In this document: piece by piece, positions 1-12,155 of the stretch
Layout of the letters: each line of letters opens with the position of its first letter
Numbering within the stretch: the stretch's first letter is position 1
Origin: Octopus sinensis
Lineage: Eukaryota
DNA length: 64,000 nt
Direction: 5' to 3'
Assembly (NCBI RefSeq): GCF_006345805.1
Contig: NC_043018.1
Location: 24,738,001 to 24,802,000 of the forward strand
Translations under genes and position numbers: made by a program
Notes under the pieces: model-generated
The model's database searches: none
Told to the model about the DNA's origin: nothing
What the model saw: only the letters and a program-made list of their open reading frames with translations

Positions 1-1062
1 ACAAACGACTTTCTACCGTTTTTTTTTTTTTTTTTTTCGCGATATAAAGATTTGGTCTCTGTCTGTTTACATGTGGTCATTTTCCTGCAATAAATTTGAC
101 CATTTACATCATGGAACTACTTCTAGAGACACACACACACAATATGTATGTGTGTGCGTGTGCTATAAGTATATAAAGATAAATTATCCTGGCGGGTACC
201 GTACAAGTACTCCGGTATAGCCTGGTTCCAGGCTAACCGCATCGAGTAATAAGAAGCATCTAGGATCACGTGGGGTTAGCAATGACATTGCAATTCTTTT
301 GATGGGTAAATCTTGGATTCGTTTCACTGAATTAGGAATAATTTCGATATGGTAAATCCAAAATAATTATAATGAATACGGAGACTGGAACATTTGCATA
401 TTTTTTATTTTTACAGTAAATTATACAGTATAATTGGTTTAGATAATTGGTTTGCCTTTCATCCTTTCAGGGTCGATAAATTAAGTACCATAAATTAAGT
501 TGATGTAATCGACTTAATCCGTTTGTCTGTCCTTGTTTGTCCCCTCTATGTTTAGCCCCTTGTGGGTAGTAAAGAAATAGGTATTTCGTCTGTCTGCACG
601 TTCTGAGTTCAAATTCCGCCGAGGTCGACTTTGCCTTTCATCCTTTCGGGGTCGAAATACTGGGGTCGATGTAATCGACTAGTCCCTTCCCCACAAATTT
701 CACACCTTGTGCTTTAGTAGAAAGAATAATTGGTTTAGATATGACCAACACGTGTTTCTGCAGCAATTCATCTCTAGCTATGTTCCCGAATACAGCTTGA
801 TTCAAGGCATGTCCACAAATATGGCTTGAAGTAGACTGAGTTTATTTGTGCATGGCTAACATATTTTGCTAGTTTGCTATGGTTTTAGAGAGAAAAAAGG
901 AAGTGAAGGGGATATTTATATTTATAGGTTTTAGGACGAAACAGGGTCCTAGACCTTAAAATAGGTCAAAGTGTATTCCTCAGTGTTTTGTACAACAATT
1001 ACGTACTAAATTAGATTAAATAGAAAATAAATTAAATCCTATCAGATTAAATTATATATATA

Positions 1063-1434
1063 TGCGCAGGAGTGGCTGTGTGGTAAGTAGCTTGCTTACC
1101 AACTACATGGTTCCGGGTTCAGTTCCACCGTGGGCAAGTGTCTTCTACTATAGCCTCGGGCCGACCAATGCCTTGTGAGTGGATTTGGTAGACGGAAACT
1201 GAAAGAAGCCCGTCGTATAATATGTATATGTATGTGTGTGTGTCTGTGTTTGTCCTTCAACATCGCTTGACAACCGATGTTGGTGTGTTTACGTCCCCGT
1301 AACTTAGCGGTTCGGCAAAAGACCGATAAAATAAGTACTAGGCTTGCAAAGAATAAGTCCTGAGGTCGATTTGCTCGACTAAAGGCGGTGCTCCAGCGTG
1401 GCCGCAGTCAAATGACTGAAATAAGTAAAAGAGA
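1063..1434 (+). mobile_element. tRNA-derived SINE family A, full length. Further copies at about 1831-2160(-), 2354-2607(-), 13209-13603(+), 31017-31345(-), 38410-38795(-), 42700-43056(-), 45177-45580(-), 49710-50105(-), 53260-53580(+), 56572-56958(-), 57930-58310(-)
   Basis: GCGCAGGAGTGGCTGTGTGGTAAG head with A/B-box-like motifs (TGGCTGTGTGG, GGTTCAGTCCC), internal (TA/TG)n, common tail ...AAATGACTGAAACAAGTAAAAGAG. More than 12 copies in the window. Confidence 0.85.
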
Positions 1435-2849
1435 GTATATGTGGTATAAGGAACTTATTTATGGTGGCAATTCGAAAATTTCTCTGTGTAATGGAATTTT
1501 TTTTATTATATGCAGTTTCTACGTCCTGTGTGCGTTGCTATGATTTATAAAAAAGATATTTTAATGAGAATATCGATTGTGATATGAAATTCAAACCAGA
1601 TATTCTCATTGAATTAAAATATCTTTGGTTCTACTTTGGCGTGTGATCTACAACTTCAAGAGCGATTACTTTAGGCTAGTTTTTAGTTCCTTTACTTTGC
1701 AAAACCCGCGGCTGCCAAACTCGTGCGATCTACGCGATTATCTTAATTATTATATTGTTTATTTTTGGTTTGTTATTGTTTACTAAGACACAAATGAATC
1801 GTGGTTTTATTATTATTAAAATAATGTTTACTCTCTTTTACTTGTTTCAATTATTTGACTGTGGCCATGCTGGAACACCGCCTTTAGTCGAGAAAATCGA
1901 CCCCAGGACTTATTCTTTCTAATAGGACTTATTCTATCGGTCTCTTTTGTTATGTGGGGGTCACAAATACAGACACACAAACATATACGTACACTCGATG
2001 GACTTCTTTCAGTTTCCGTCTACCAAATCCACTAACAAGGCTTTGGTTGGTCTGAGGCTATAGCAGAAGACACTTGCCCAGGGTGCCACGCAGTGAGACT
2101 GAACCCGGAGCCATGTGGTTGGTAAGCAAGCTACTTACCACACAGCCACTCCTACACCTATATATATATATATATAATATATATATATATTATATATATA
2201 TATTTGTGTGTGTTTGTTTTTATGTTCAATTGTAATAAAATCCTTTTGACATTAAATCCCTTTATTTCAGAATTACTCTGTCAAATGTAATGCTTATTTA
2301 TTAACATTATTTTGAGTTCGTCACGAATTATCTGATAGCTTTGAGACTTTGATTATTCTATCGGTCTCTTTTTGCCAAACCGCTAAGTTACGGGGACGTA
2401 AACACACCAGCATCGGTTGTCAGACACACACACACACACACACATATACGACAGGCTTCTTTCAGTTTCCGTCTACCAAATCCACTCACAAGGCTTCGGT
2501 CGGCCCGAGGCTATAGTAGAAGACACCTGCCCAAGGTGCCACGCAGTGGGACTGAACCCAGAACCATGTGGTTGGTAAGCAAGCTACTTACCACACAGCC
2601 ACTCCTGGCAAAAAAAAATGACCATCCCGAAATACAACAAAATTGTAAGAATTAAAAAAAAAAACATTTACAATGCTAAGTACGTACAAAAGAATTTATT
2701 GTAAATAAATCTTTAGCCAACATCTTAAATGTTTTTAGAAATTGAAAAGCAAAAAAAAAATAACCTAAAGTAATCACCCTTTGGGTTGTGGATCACACGC
2801 CAAAGTAGCATCGAGAAATTTTTCGAATTACTACATATTTATTAATTTA

Positions 2850-5800
2850 CTAGCAGCATAGCCCGGCGTTGCCCGGGTATGTAAGAGCCCCTAGTAGGCA
2901 ACGACTAATCCCAATGTAGTCCTTTCCCTCCAGGGAACGAAGGTGCATGTGGACGTTGCAATGTCTTGTCTTCACTGGAATACTTCTGTATATACGATGT
3001 TCCTAGCTGTCCGTTTGGGCGAAAACATGAAAACATCATTGCGCCTCCCAACGCGTGAACAGCCCACGTAGAGTTGACCGTGGGCGAAGCACTGTTCGCC
3101 CAAATGTAACCCAGCGACTTGTAGCGTTTGGCCTTGGATTTATTGATGGACATTGCGAAGCAGAGTTTAACAGGAAACTGAGAACGCCTGAAGTGGATTG
3201 TAGGTCAGCGCCCGACGGTTGAAGGTGCATCCGTGGAATGAAGACGTCCTCTCCCTTCCCACAACCGGTAAGTATTGTGGCCGTTATTAAATGTGGTGCC
3301 AAATGTTTCACAACCAAACGTGTGCCGTTGCACTGTTTAGGTGGAACCAAATTCCTGATGAGCATAATGGCGCACCGACTTTTAACTTCAGGATGTGTGG
3401 TGGCAGGCCTGGCGGTTCAAGTGAATTCAGGAATTCAACAGGATAATCGGCAAGCTGGGCGGGGTCTGCTGTCCTATCTATAGATTTGTAGACGTGGACA
3501 TCACCAGGAATAGCTTCAAGTAGCTGGATATTGATGGAGTTGACGGTTGTAGTTTTGGGTGCGAGAATAGCTCTGCCTGCCAGCCATTTTAGGTCGCGTA
3601 AATTGTTTTGTAGGTCGTGGAAGACAGCGTCCCGGAGGCTAGCAGGGGTGTCGACAATGGTGCAAAGTGAGTCCAATTGAACGTAGCCATCCGCATCAGA
3701 CAGCATCCTATTTTCACCGAGCAATAAGAGGTCCCTGGAGAATGCAGCGGATCCGCTGTCACCAATTAACTGCGCGCGCATGTTAGTTTGGAGGTGCAAG
3801 GGCCGCACATGTGCCCAAAGAGCTGACGACTTAAGGCACGCGCGCACGGCATCGGCACGGGTTCCTTTTGGAATAACAGGTAGAGTCTGCCTGAAGCCTC
3901 CTGAAAGAAGTAAAGTTAATCCTCCCATGGGGGCCGTAGAGTCTGCAGGGACCTGTCCAGTGCCTCAAGGGCGCCTTTGTGTGCCATAGTGCACTCGTCC
4001 CATACGATGAGTTTGCATCTGCGCAGAATGTCGGCCTGTTCTGAGTTCTTGGCGATGTTGCAGATAGGTGACTCGGACTTTGCCAGATCGAGCGGGAGTC
4101 TGAAGGCAGAGTGGGCGGTTCTGCCACCCGGAAGCAACGTGGACGCGATACCAGAGGAAGCTACAGCCAGGGCAATGTCCGTGTTGCGTCTGACCTCTGC
4201 CAGAATTAGTTTAGTGACGAAGGTTTTGCCAGTGCCGCCGGTGCATCAAGGAAGAAAATCCCCCCACGTTGCTGTCTGACAGAGTCTACGATGGTGTTGT
4301 AGGCTATGCGCTGGTCTGGAAGCAGCCGTGGTTCATTATCTTGGACGTACTGGTGCAGTTCCTCAATGCAGTAGGAAGTTTCGCGTAACAATTCAGCAGA
4401 CATAACATTGGCGTGTTCACGTGTGGGTGGTGGAAGGCCGTACTCTGTTAAAGCAGACCCACCCATATCGATGACAGCGTCTTCGAGTTGAATGAGCGCA
4501 AAATTGTAAATGAAGTTGGTGAACGTGATCTCGGCGGAAGGGCAGTGTTGCTGAGCCGTACGTAAGAAGTCGTGCGACATGTCATCCCTGTATTTCATCC
4601 AGAGACTTAGTGGATCACTAAGCTGACATTTTTGAAGAAGGATTGCGAAAAGATGTCGTAGGGCCGAATGCGTTTGCAGTAAAGCACCCTCTGCCATCGT
4701 GGCGTCCCACTGGGAGTCATCCTCTAGAAGGCCAAGTCTCATACATGCTTCCCTGAAGGTGTCGCACAGAACCCCATTGACGGTACGTATATTGGCGAAA
4801 CCTGTTGGACCAGTGACCTCATGTAGAAGGAGACGGAGGTAGAAGCATTCTTGCTGGTTTGGCGGGATGTTGTAAACTCGACCCAGGCAGGAGTCAAACT
4901 TGACGCCTGGGAAGCTTTCGACGTTTTTGCCGGATTTCCGTCGAACCCAGGTGTTTTTAGACCACACGAAGTACGATGGGACCTGTGGGTACAAAAGCGT
5001 TCGAGCGAAGTCATCACGTTGGCATAATTTGAAGAAACCAGTCAACGTTGTGTCTTTAGGGCTGGTGGCTATCTGCACAGCACTTTGCTCTGTGAAGTAA
5101 ATCTGCTGTCCATTTTCCAAGTGTACAGCAAGCTGCACCACAGCCGGGTGTCTCTGATGGAGCGGGAAGCCGTAAATGCGCCAAAACGCTTCGTTGCTGC
5201 TGAGGTACCGGCCAGCCAAGTAGTTGGACACTTCGTCGCGACTGGTGGTCCTCTGGATGCTGAACATGGCAGCATCGCTGCCTTTGTTGATATATTTGCA
5301 GACATATTGTATTGACCTGATGGAGCTGCAGAACTCAACGTTGACGTGGGCTTTGAATATCTTCGACAGGAGAGGACAGTAGGGGACAATGTAGCTGTTG
5401 TCCACTTGATGTCGCCCAACCGTAATCGTGCGGCCTCCATTGGCTGGACTCCTTCGTTTGTACAGCGGATACCCATCGCCGCCTGTTTGAGTCTCCAAAG
5501 TGAACCGTTTAGGGATCCCTTTGAGCAGGCTAATCCGTTTTTGTAGCATGGTGTGTTGGCGTAATTTGGTCCACAGGGCCCGTGTACCATGGTAGTGCGG
5601 ACAATTTCGTAGAGTCCGGGGTCCTCATCGGGGTCAGGAATCTCGGCAGAAATGAATTTGTCAATGTCATTAGTCTCGATTTTATGAGTGAGCCAAATTA
5701 AGATGTGAGCATGTGGCAAGCCCCTCTTTTGCCACTCGACCGAAAACATGTGGCACCTGACATGCCCGAAAATCTGACCTTAACTATCAAATCCTTCATT

Positions 5801-8800
5801 TTGCCCAAATTCAGACGGAAAACCCTAGCAACGATGTCGTGTCGATGGGTGTGAGATTGACCCGGGAGGAGTTCGCGAGTGATTTCGTCGCAGCTGGGAT
5901 TGCACGTAGGTGATAAAGAGGTCCGGCCGGCCGTAAATGCGCACGTAGGTCAAGGCGTCTTGGGTCCTTTCACGCATATATCGCGGTCCTCCCGTGAAGG
6001 TGGAGGGTAGAATGCATGGCTTGCCGATGTTGCGAGGGTCATTTTCTTTGCAAACCGTCACGGAGATGAATGTAGGAGTCGGAGCGAAGTTTGGTCTGAT
6101 TAAGTTTAATGTATAGCAGCCTTTCCGATTCCATTTTTGCGGCCATATCGACGGCGAACTGGTTGAATAGCTGACGACAACGGGGCAATAAGTTGAACTC
6201 ACCCTCCCTGACCATGAACCGGTATGAGTAAAACGCCCTGCAGGAAACCGTCTTTGATTCCGCAGTAGTTTGATTGGAGGGCTGCCGTAAAGGAATTCCG
6301 AAGTGGTAGCCGTCTTCCCCATAAGGGAAAAGCAATGGATAGTGAAGCGCGTCATAAGATCTGTGAGTCTCGCTGATCCTGTGTAGGTTGTTACCACGGG
6401 AGGAGATGATTATGTCACGGCTGTTGTGTTGCTCTCCGTGTATAACTGCGGCAATTTCGTTGCACGCAGGTGCGTTGAAACGGCGTTCGTGCTCCCCGTG
6501 GGGTCGTTTATCAGCATCAATGACAACGGTGAAGTTTGGAGATGGAGCACTGTCCAAGGCATATCTGAAGCTGCAGACGTAGCTGTTGATATCATGAAGC
6601 ATGGTTTGGAGACGGAGAAGAATGTCTTTGCGGGGAACATAGCTTGTACCCGGTATTATTCCAAGGCGTGCATCAACCTGGTGGTTGTAGTCGGCAATGA
6701 AGTATATTTGGAGGAAAGAAGACTGCTGAATCTCGTCTGGCAGAAGTGACCCAATAAGATGGTAGACCTGTCCCTGCACTTTGAAAGTAGGCATCCAGCC
6801 TTCTCTGGGAGGAATTTTGGCCCAAAAGAGGTCATTTGGAATGAGCAGTTGTACTTTCGAATTATTTCAAGGAATTGTGACGAATCGGGGGTTAAACCCG
6901 CCGCGAGATCCTTCAGTGGTTGAGGTGGTTCCCGTAGGGGTGGCAGGTCCACTTTGCCACCAGAGCAGCACAAACCAGGTGGCTCTCCGGGCCATTTCTT
7001 GGCTTTGCAAAACTGGCATACAATTGTCATTGACCCTATCTTGATGTCGTCACGCAAGGAGAAGTTAATTGTGGCGTCGTAGTTGAATGCTAGTGACAAC
7101 CAGAAAGCGGGGGCAGGGGTACGTACACCACGAATGATATCCCGACGTTTGTTGATACTCTCAAGTCGAGTGCACCGTGCCTCAGCAGATTCAGATGCAC
7201 GTGCGACAGCGGTAGCAGTGGCATCCCTTGAAAGCCTTTCAGCTCTCGCCTCAGCACCCTCTGAAGCCCTAGCAGAAGCAGTGTTAATGGCATGTCTGGA
7301 TGTCCGAATAGTCCGTTGGTGTGGAGTTTCGGCAGATCGAGCCCTGGCTGTGTTTGCGGCGTTAGCAGCTTGGCGAGCTCTCCTCTGTTGAGGTGTTTCG
7401 GCAGCTTTGGCCATGGCTTTATTTGCGGCGTCAGCATCTTGGCGAGTTCTCCTCTGCTGTGAGGTTTCGACAGATCGTGTCCTGGCAGTGCTAGTGGCGT
7501 TAGCCGCATTCCGAATGGCCCTTTGTTCGGGGTTCTCGCGAGCTCTGCGGATGGAAGCACAGTAAGAAGCCCGCATGTTTTGGCTGGACTGTTGCTCTTT
7601 CGTCAACCTCGAGCGGAGGGAAGATCTGTACGCTGCGACCCTTGCAAGTCGGGTAGAACGGTCGCTAGTAGTTTCAGATGCCTGAGCAGCGGCATAACGG
7701 GAAGCTGTTTGCGAGAGGCGCAAGGCGGTTTCCTCGTGGGTCTCGCGTGCCCTTCTAGCCCTGGAAGCCGATGCCTTGGCCGTCCGAGGGCTGAGGAGGG
7801 TCCTTCTCTTCTTGGGTGGCATTTTGGTGGATAGCAATGTGTTTGGCAAAGGTGTAATAAAAAGGAACACGTGGGGTAAGTATTTTGGTGGATAGCAATG
7901 TGTTTGGTAAAGGTGTAATAAAAAGGAGCTCGTGGGGTAAGTATCCGAAAACGTATAAAAATGTACAAAAACTCCAAAAAGCTGGCAGCAATGTGATTGA
8001 CAACAACGAAAAAGTCAAAAGTGATCAAACTGAACAAACGAAAGGAAAAGTTTTTTGATGCACACGACAAAAGTGGTTTATAATAAACCAAGAGTTTGCA
8101 AGTAGCGTCCGAGGACCGTTAGGGTACGTCAAAAATTGAAGGTAAAACGTTTGGGGTGGTAGTTATAAAGAAAGTTTAAACCAAAAAAGTATTCGAATAA
8201 CTTGCGGCTGCAGCAGCTATTAGCAGAAGTGGCGGTGTTGGGGGTAAAGTCTCGAATGTAATTTCTTCCTGGTAGGAATTGGTTGGATCGAATTATCGAT
8301 AGCTAAAAAGGTCAAGTTGCGTCCCCTAGACAGTCCGGTTTGTGTTTAATACACAAATTTGTTTGCTATGTGTGCCACATATGATTAAATTAACCGATTT
8401 TTTCCAATAATGTATCCTATTGGAATAAAAAGAGCTATATAGCTCCTTGGAGCAGACATGATGCTCGTTGTGAAAAAAAAAAGATTCCTGCCAATTTGTG
8501 AAAGATATTGTCGAAAATATGTCATCTTGAATTTGAACGCGATTTCCCAAAATGGCATGATTTTATCGATTGTTTCTGATGGTAAGGTATTGCATGGAAA
8601 ACTAACGTCAGAATTGAGTTTCTTAGGGTAACATTAAGCTTCACCATGAGTTTGGTGAAAATCGATTGCAAGTTGTGAAAACTACCATAGATAATGCGTT
8701 GCATAAAAAAAGCTTAGATTCTCGAGTTGCGTCCCCTAGACAGTCTGTGGTTCATGTTTATGATTCTCGACCCCATGTCGAATTTATCAATTTTTTTCAG

Positions 8801-8972
8801 AACTGGGGGAACTTTTCAAAATTTTCGCTGCGTTAGTTTTGAATTATGACATTGGGCTATGTGTGTGTCAAGTTTCATCAGAATCGGTTGAAAGCCGTGG
8901 TCAGGGTGAGGGTACGAGAAAACAGACACACAGAAGCACGCACAGACAAACTGCCGTTTATATATATAGAGA
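2850..8972 (-). mobile_element. Full-length Helitron (rolling-circle DNA transposon), about 6.1 kb
   Basis: On the minus strand: 5' A|TCTCTATATATATAAACGGC at 8972, 3' hairpin CCCGG-GCAACG-CCGGG (2862-2877) followed by CTAG|T at 2850. Inserted between A and T with no TSD. Internal RepHel coding sequence. Confidence 0.95.
2972..7822 (-). pseudogene. Helitron RepHel (HUH Rep endonuclease + Pif1-family helicase), about 1600 aa, frameshifted as assembled
   Basis: MPPKKRR start. Rep motifs PDLFIT(F)TCNP, EWQKRGLPHAHILIW, YVCKYINKG. Helicase motifs FLDAP(G)GTGKTF, IVWDECTM, G(G)FRQTLP, KVGAPIMLIRNL, AMSINKSQGQTL, HGQLYVGCSRV, recovered across about 10 frame changes. Confidence 0.93.
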
Positions 8973-9026
8973 TAACTTACACTGTACTTGAGGACTGTCT
9001 CTTTTCCTTACCGTTGTTTTGCATAT

Positions 9027-11131
9027 CATCATGGCTCGGCTTCGCGCACGAAGATAAGGAAGGCTGTCCACGTCGCGTGCATGCACGCTTATGACTGACA
9101 AGTCCGATATGAGAAAGGCAGGTCCGTGGGCAGTGTCCACAGACGAAGGTAACATCGGTGTGGTGTCAGAGGCGGCTCGCGCCTTCCTTCTGCGTCTCTT
9201 GTCTTTAAGTGCGTCTCTTCTTTGTTCCTCAAACTTGCTGACTGCGTTGAAGATCGTGTGACGCCAGACATCACGGTCCGCAGCCAGGTCTGAGCAGCAT
9301 TGGTGGTTAATATGACATGCTGTTTGAGACTTCTTGGAGGCAGTCTTTGTAGCACTTCCTCGGAGCTCCTCTCACTCGGTGGCCGGTGAAGAGTTCGCCA
9401 AACAGGGCAATCTTTGAAAGGCGATGGTTCTCCATTCTGGAGACATACCCTGCCCATCGGAGGTGGTACTTCAGTAGCATGGCTTCAATGCTGGGGATCT
9501 CGGCCCGCTCCAAGACTTCAATGTTTGTGACGAAGTTACTCCAGTGAATGTTGAGGATGGTGCGGAGACATCGCTGGTGGAAGCGCTCGAGGAGACGGAT
9601 GTGACGGCGGTAAGTGATCCAGGTTTCTGAGCCGTAGAGAAGAGTGGTGAGAACTACTGCCCTGTAGACACTGATCTTTGTTTTGTTCTTCAGGCCACCA
9701 TTGTGCCAAACACGTTTCTACAATCTGCCAAAGGAGCTATTTGCCTTAGAAAGTCTATTGTCAATTTCCTTGTCAATCCTTGCATCGGATGAGATGATGC
9801 AGCCCAAGTATGTAAACTGCTGTATTGATTTCAGTTCGGTACCGCAGATAGTGATGTGGGTTGGTCGGTATTCTTCTTGGGGTGTAGGTTGGTGAAGTAC
9901 CTCCGTCTTCTTGAGGCTGACCTCCAGGCCAAAGAGCTGCGAGGCGTCTGCAAAGCAGGACGTGATGCGCTGCAGAGCTCGCTCTGTGTGAGCGACAAGG
10001 ACAGCGTCGTCTGCAAAGAGGTCTCGAATCAACCTCTCCTGGGTCTTGGTGTGGGCTTGGAGGTGCCGTTGATTGAAGAGACTACCATCCAGACGATACC
10101 TAACATACACCCCATCCTCATCCTCCATATCTTCAGTTGCATGCTTGATCATCATGCTGAAGAGAGTCGGTGCCAGGACGCAACCCTGCTTCACGCCGTT
10201 AGAAATGGGGAAGGGCTCCGACAGGTCAGCATTGAGTATGATCTGACCAGGTTGATTCTCGTGCAGCTGGATCACCATCTGTAGAAACTTGGTGGGACAG
10301 TCAAGTCGTTCCAGGATAAGCCATAGTCCTGTCCTGCTCACTGTATCAAATGTTTTTGTAAGGTCGACGAAAGTAGCATAAAGTCCCCTGTTTTGTTCTC
10401 GGCACTTCTCCTGGAGTTGGTGGAGGACGAACACCATATCCATTGTGCCTCTGTTGGCTCTGAAGCCACACTGGCTCTCGGGGAGGTTTTCTTCAGCGAT
10501 GGTTGGTACTAGCCTATTGAGCAAGATCCTGGCAAGTACTTTGCCGGCGATGGAGAGTAGGGTGATTCCCTGGTAGTTGGAGCAGTCAGACTTTTCACCC
10601 TTGTTCTTGTACAGGGTTATGATGACGGCGTCGCGAAGAAATGTGGGATCTTGCTCTGGTCCCAGCAGCAGACAAGAAAATCATGGAGCATTGGACCTCC
10701 ATTCTTCCAGATTTCTGGTGGGATGCCGTCAACTCCTGCTGCTTTGCGACTCTTGAGTTGTCCTATGGCTTCAATAGTTTATTCGAGGGTGGGTGGTTCG
10801 TTGAGCTCCTCTTTGAGTGGAAGTTGAGGAATGCGAAGGATGGCAGCGTCCTGTACGGTACGGTTAGCACTGAAGAGGCCTTGGAAGTGCTTGGACCAGC
10901 GAGCGAGGATGGAGGCGTTATCGGTGATGAGGTCCTCTCCATCTGAACTGCGTAGGGGACTCTGGACCAGGTGGGTGGGGCCATACACTGCTTTCAGAAC
11001 CTCATAGAAGCCGCTATAGTCTCCGAGGTCAGCACACAGCTGGGTTCTCCGCGCCAGGTGGTCCCACCACTCGTTCTGCATTTCTCTGAGTTTTCGCTGC
11101 AGGGTGTTGCAGCGAAAACAGCACCCTGCAG
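9027..11131 (-). mobile_element. 5'-truncated RTE-clade (BovB-like) LINE with decayed RT ORF
   Basis: RT motifs ESQCGFR, FVDLTKTFDTV, GVKQGCVLAPTLFS, LFADD. In-frame stops and indels. 12-bp TSD TGTTTTGCATAT at 9015-9026 and 11132-11143. (ATG)n-type tail. Confidence 0.93.
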
Positions 11132-11769
11132 TGTTTTGCATATAATTTTAAGCTATCAACAATTTTGCAGAATTTTGAATTTTAGAGTTATCTCCCTTAC
11201 ATTCTTTCACTATGAGAGTTATGTCCCTTGCACTTGGCAGAAGATTGATTAAGACCATCGATCAGTCAGATCATAAGTCTTCTCGCCATGATCACAGATT
11301 TTGTTTGCTTATTTTTACGGACCAGTATATGAAATTTAGAAATATTCTAAAACATGGCTGTGTAGTTAAGAAGCTCATTGGGAAACCACATGATTTCGGT
11401 TTCTCTTCAATTGCGCCGCTCCTAAGTTTTATTCAATGACAAAAACAATAAAAACAGAGTTTCTTGTTACTGCTTTTTCGTGTAAATTGTCAGTTTTAAG
11501 TGCTATAAATAGTAGTATGTGTCGCTTTGTAGCCTTATGGCTTCGGATTTAATTTCACTGTGCAGTGCACTGGTGAAATGGCGAGCTGGCAGAATGCTTA
11601 GCGGGATTTCGTCTGCCGTTACGTTCTGAGTTCAAATTCCGCCGAAGTCGACTTTGCCTTACATCCTTTCGGGGTTGATAAATTAAGTACCAGTTACGCA
11701 CTGGGGTCAATGTAATCCAAGGTTCAATAGTTTTTCTTTCAACACACGAATTCACATCAAGAATTTTGC

Positions 11770-12155
11770 ACTCGTGCCCCGTGTTAGTAGGGTGCTAAGA
11801 GCACTATCTGAGCATGATTGTTGCCAGAACGGCTAACTGGCTTCTGTGCTGGTGGCATGTAAAAGGCACCATTCGAACGTGATTGTTACCAGCATCGCCT
11901 TACTGGCACCTGTGCCGGTGACATGTGTTAAAAGATTCGAGTGAGGTCGTTGCCAGTACCGCCTGACTGGCCCCCGTGCCGGTGGCACGTAAAGCACCCA
12001 CTACACTCTCAGAGTGGTTGGCGTTAGGAAAGGCATCCAGCTGTAGAAACTGCCAGATCAAGATTGGAGCCTGGTGCAGCCATCTGGTTCGCCAGCCCTC
12101 AGTCAAATCGTCTAACCCATGCTAGCATGGAAAGCAGACGTTAAGCGATGATGAT
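11770..12155 (+). mobile_element. SINE/non-autonomous retroposon family C with (ATG)n tail. Further copies at about 12650-12810, 16630-17100, 32295-32615, 32770-33105, 38205-38395, 43630-43880, 46280-46490, 47630-47830, 54655-54810, 57440-57640, 60535-60810, 61090-61550
   Basis: Shared core GGTTGGCGTTAGGAAGGGCATCCAGCTGTAGAAAC and tail GGACGTTAAACGATGATGATG. Confidence 0.8.

Noticed and set aside
1063-1140. tRNA-like sequences at SINE heads (also 12836, 39050 and others)
   Set aside because: They have A/B boxes but continue into SINE bodies and lack a full cloverleaf, so they are not tRNA genes.
3238-10946. Plus-strand ORFs overlapping the Helitron and RTE (e.g. 3977-4279, 6426-6749, 7083-7391, 9856-10284)
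   Set aside because: Antisense shadows of GC-rich transposon coding sequence with no recognisable motifs.
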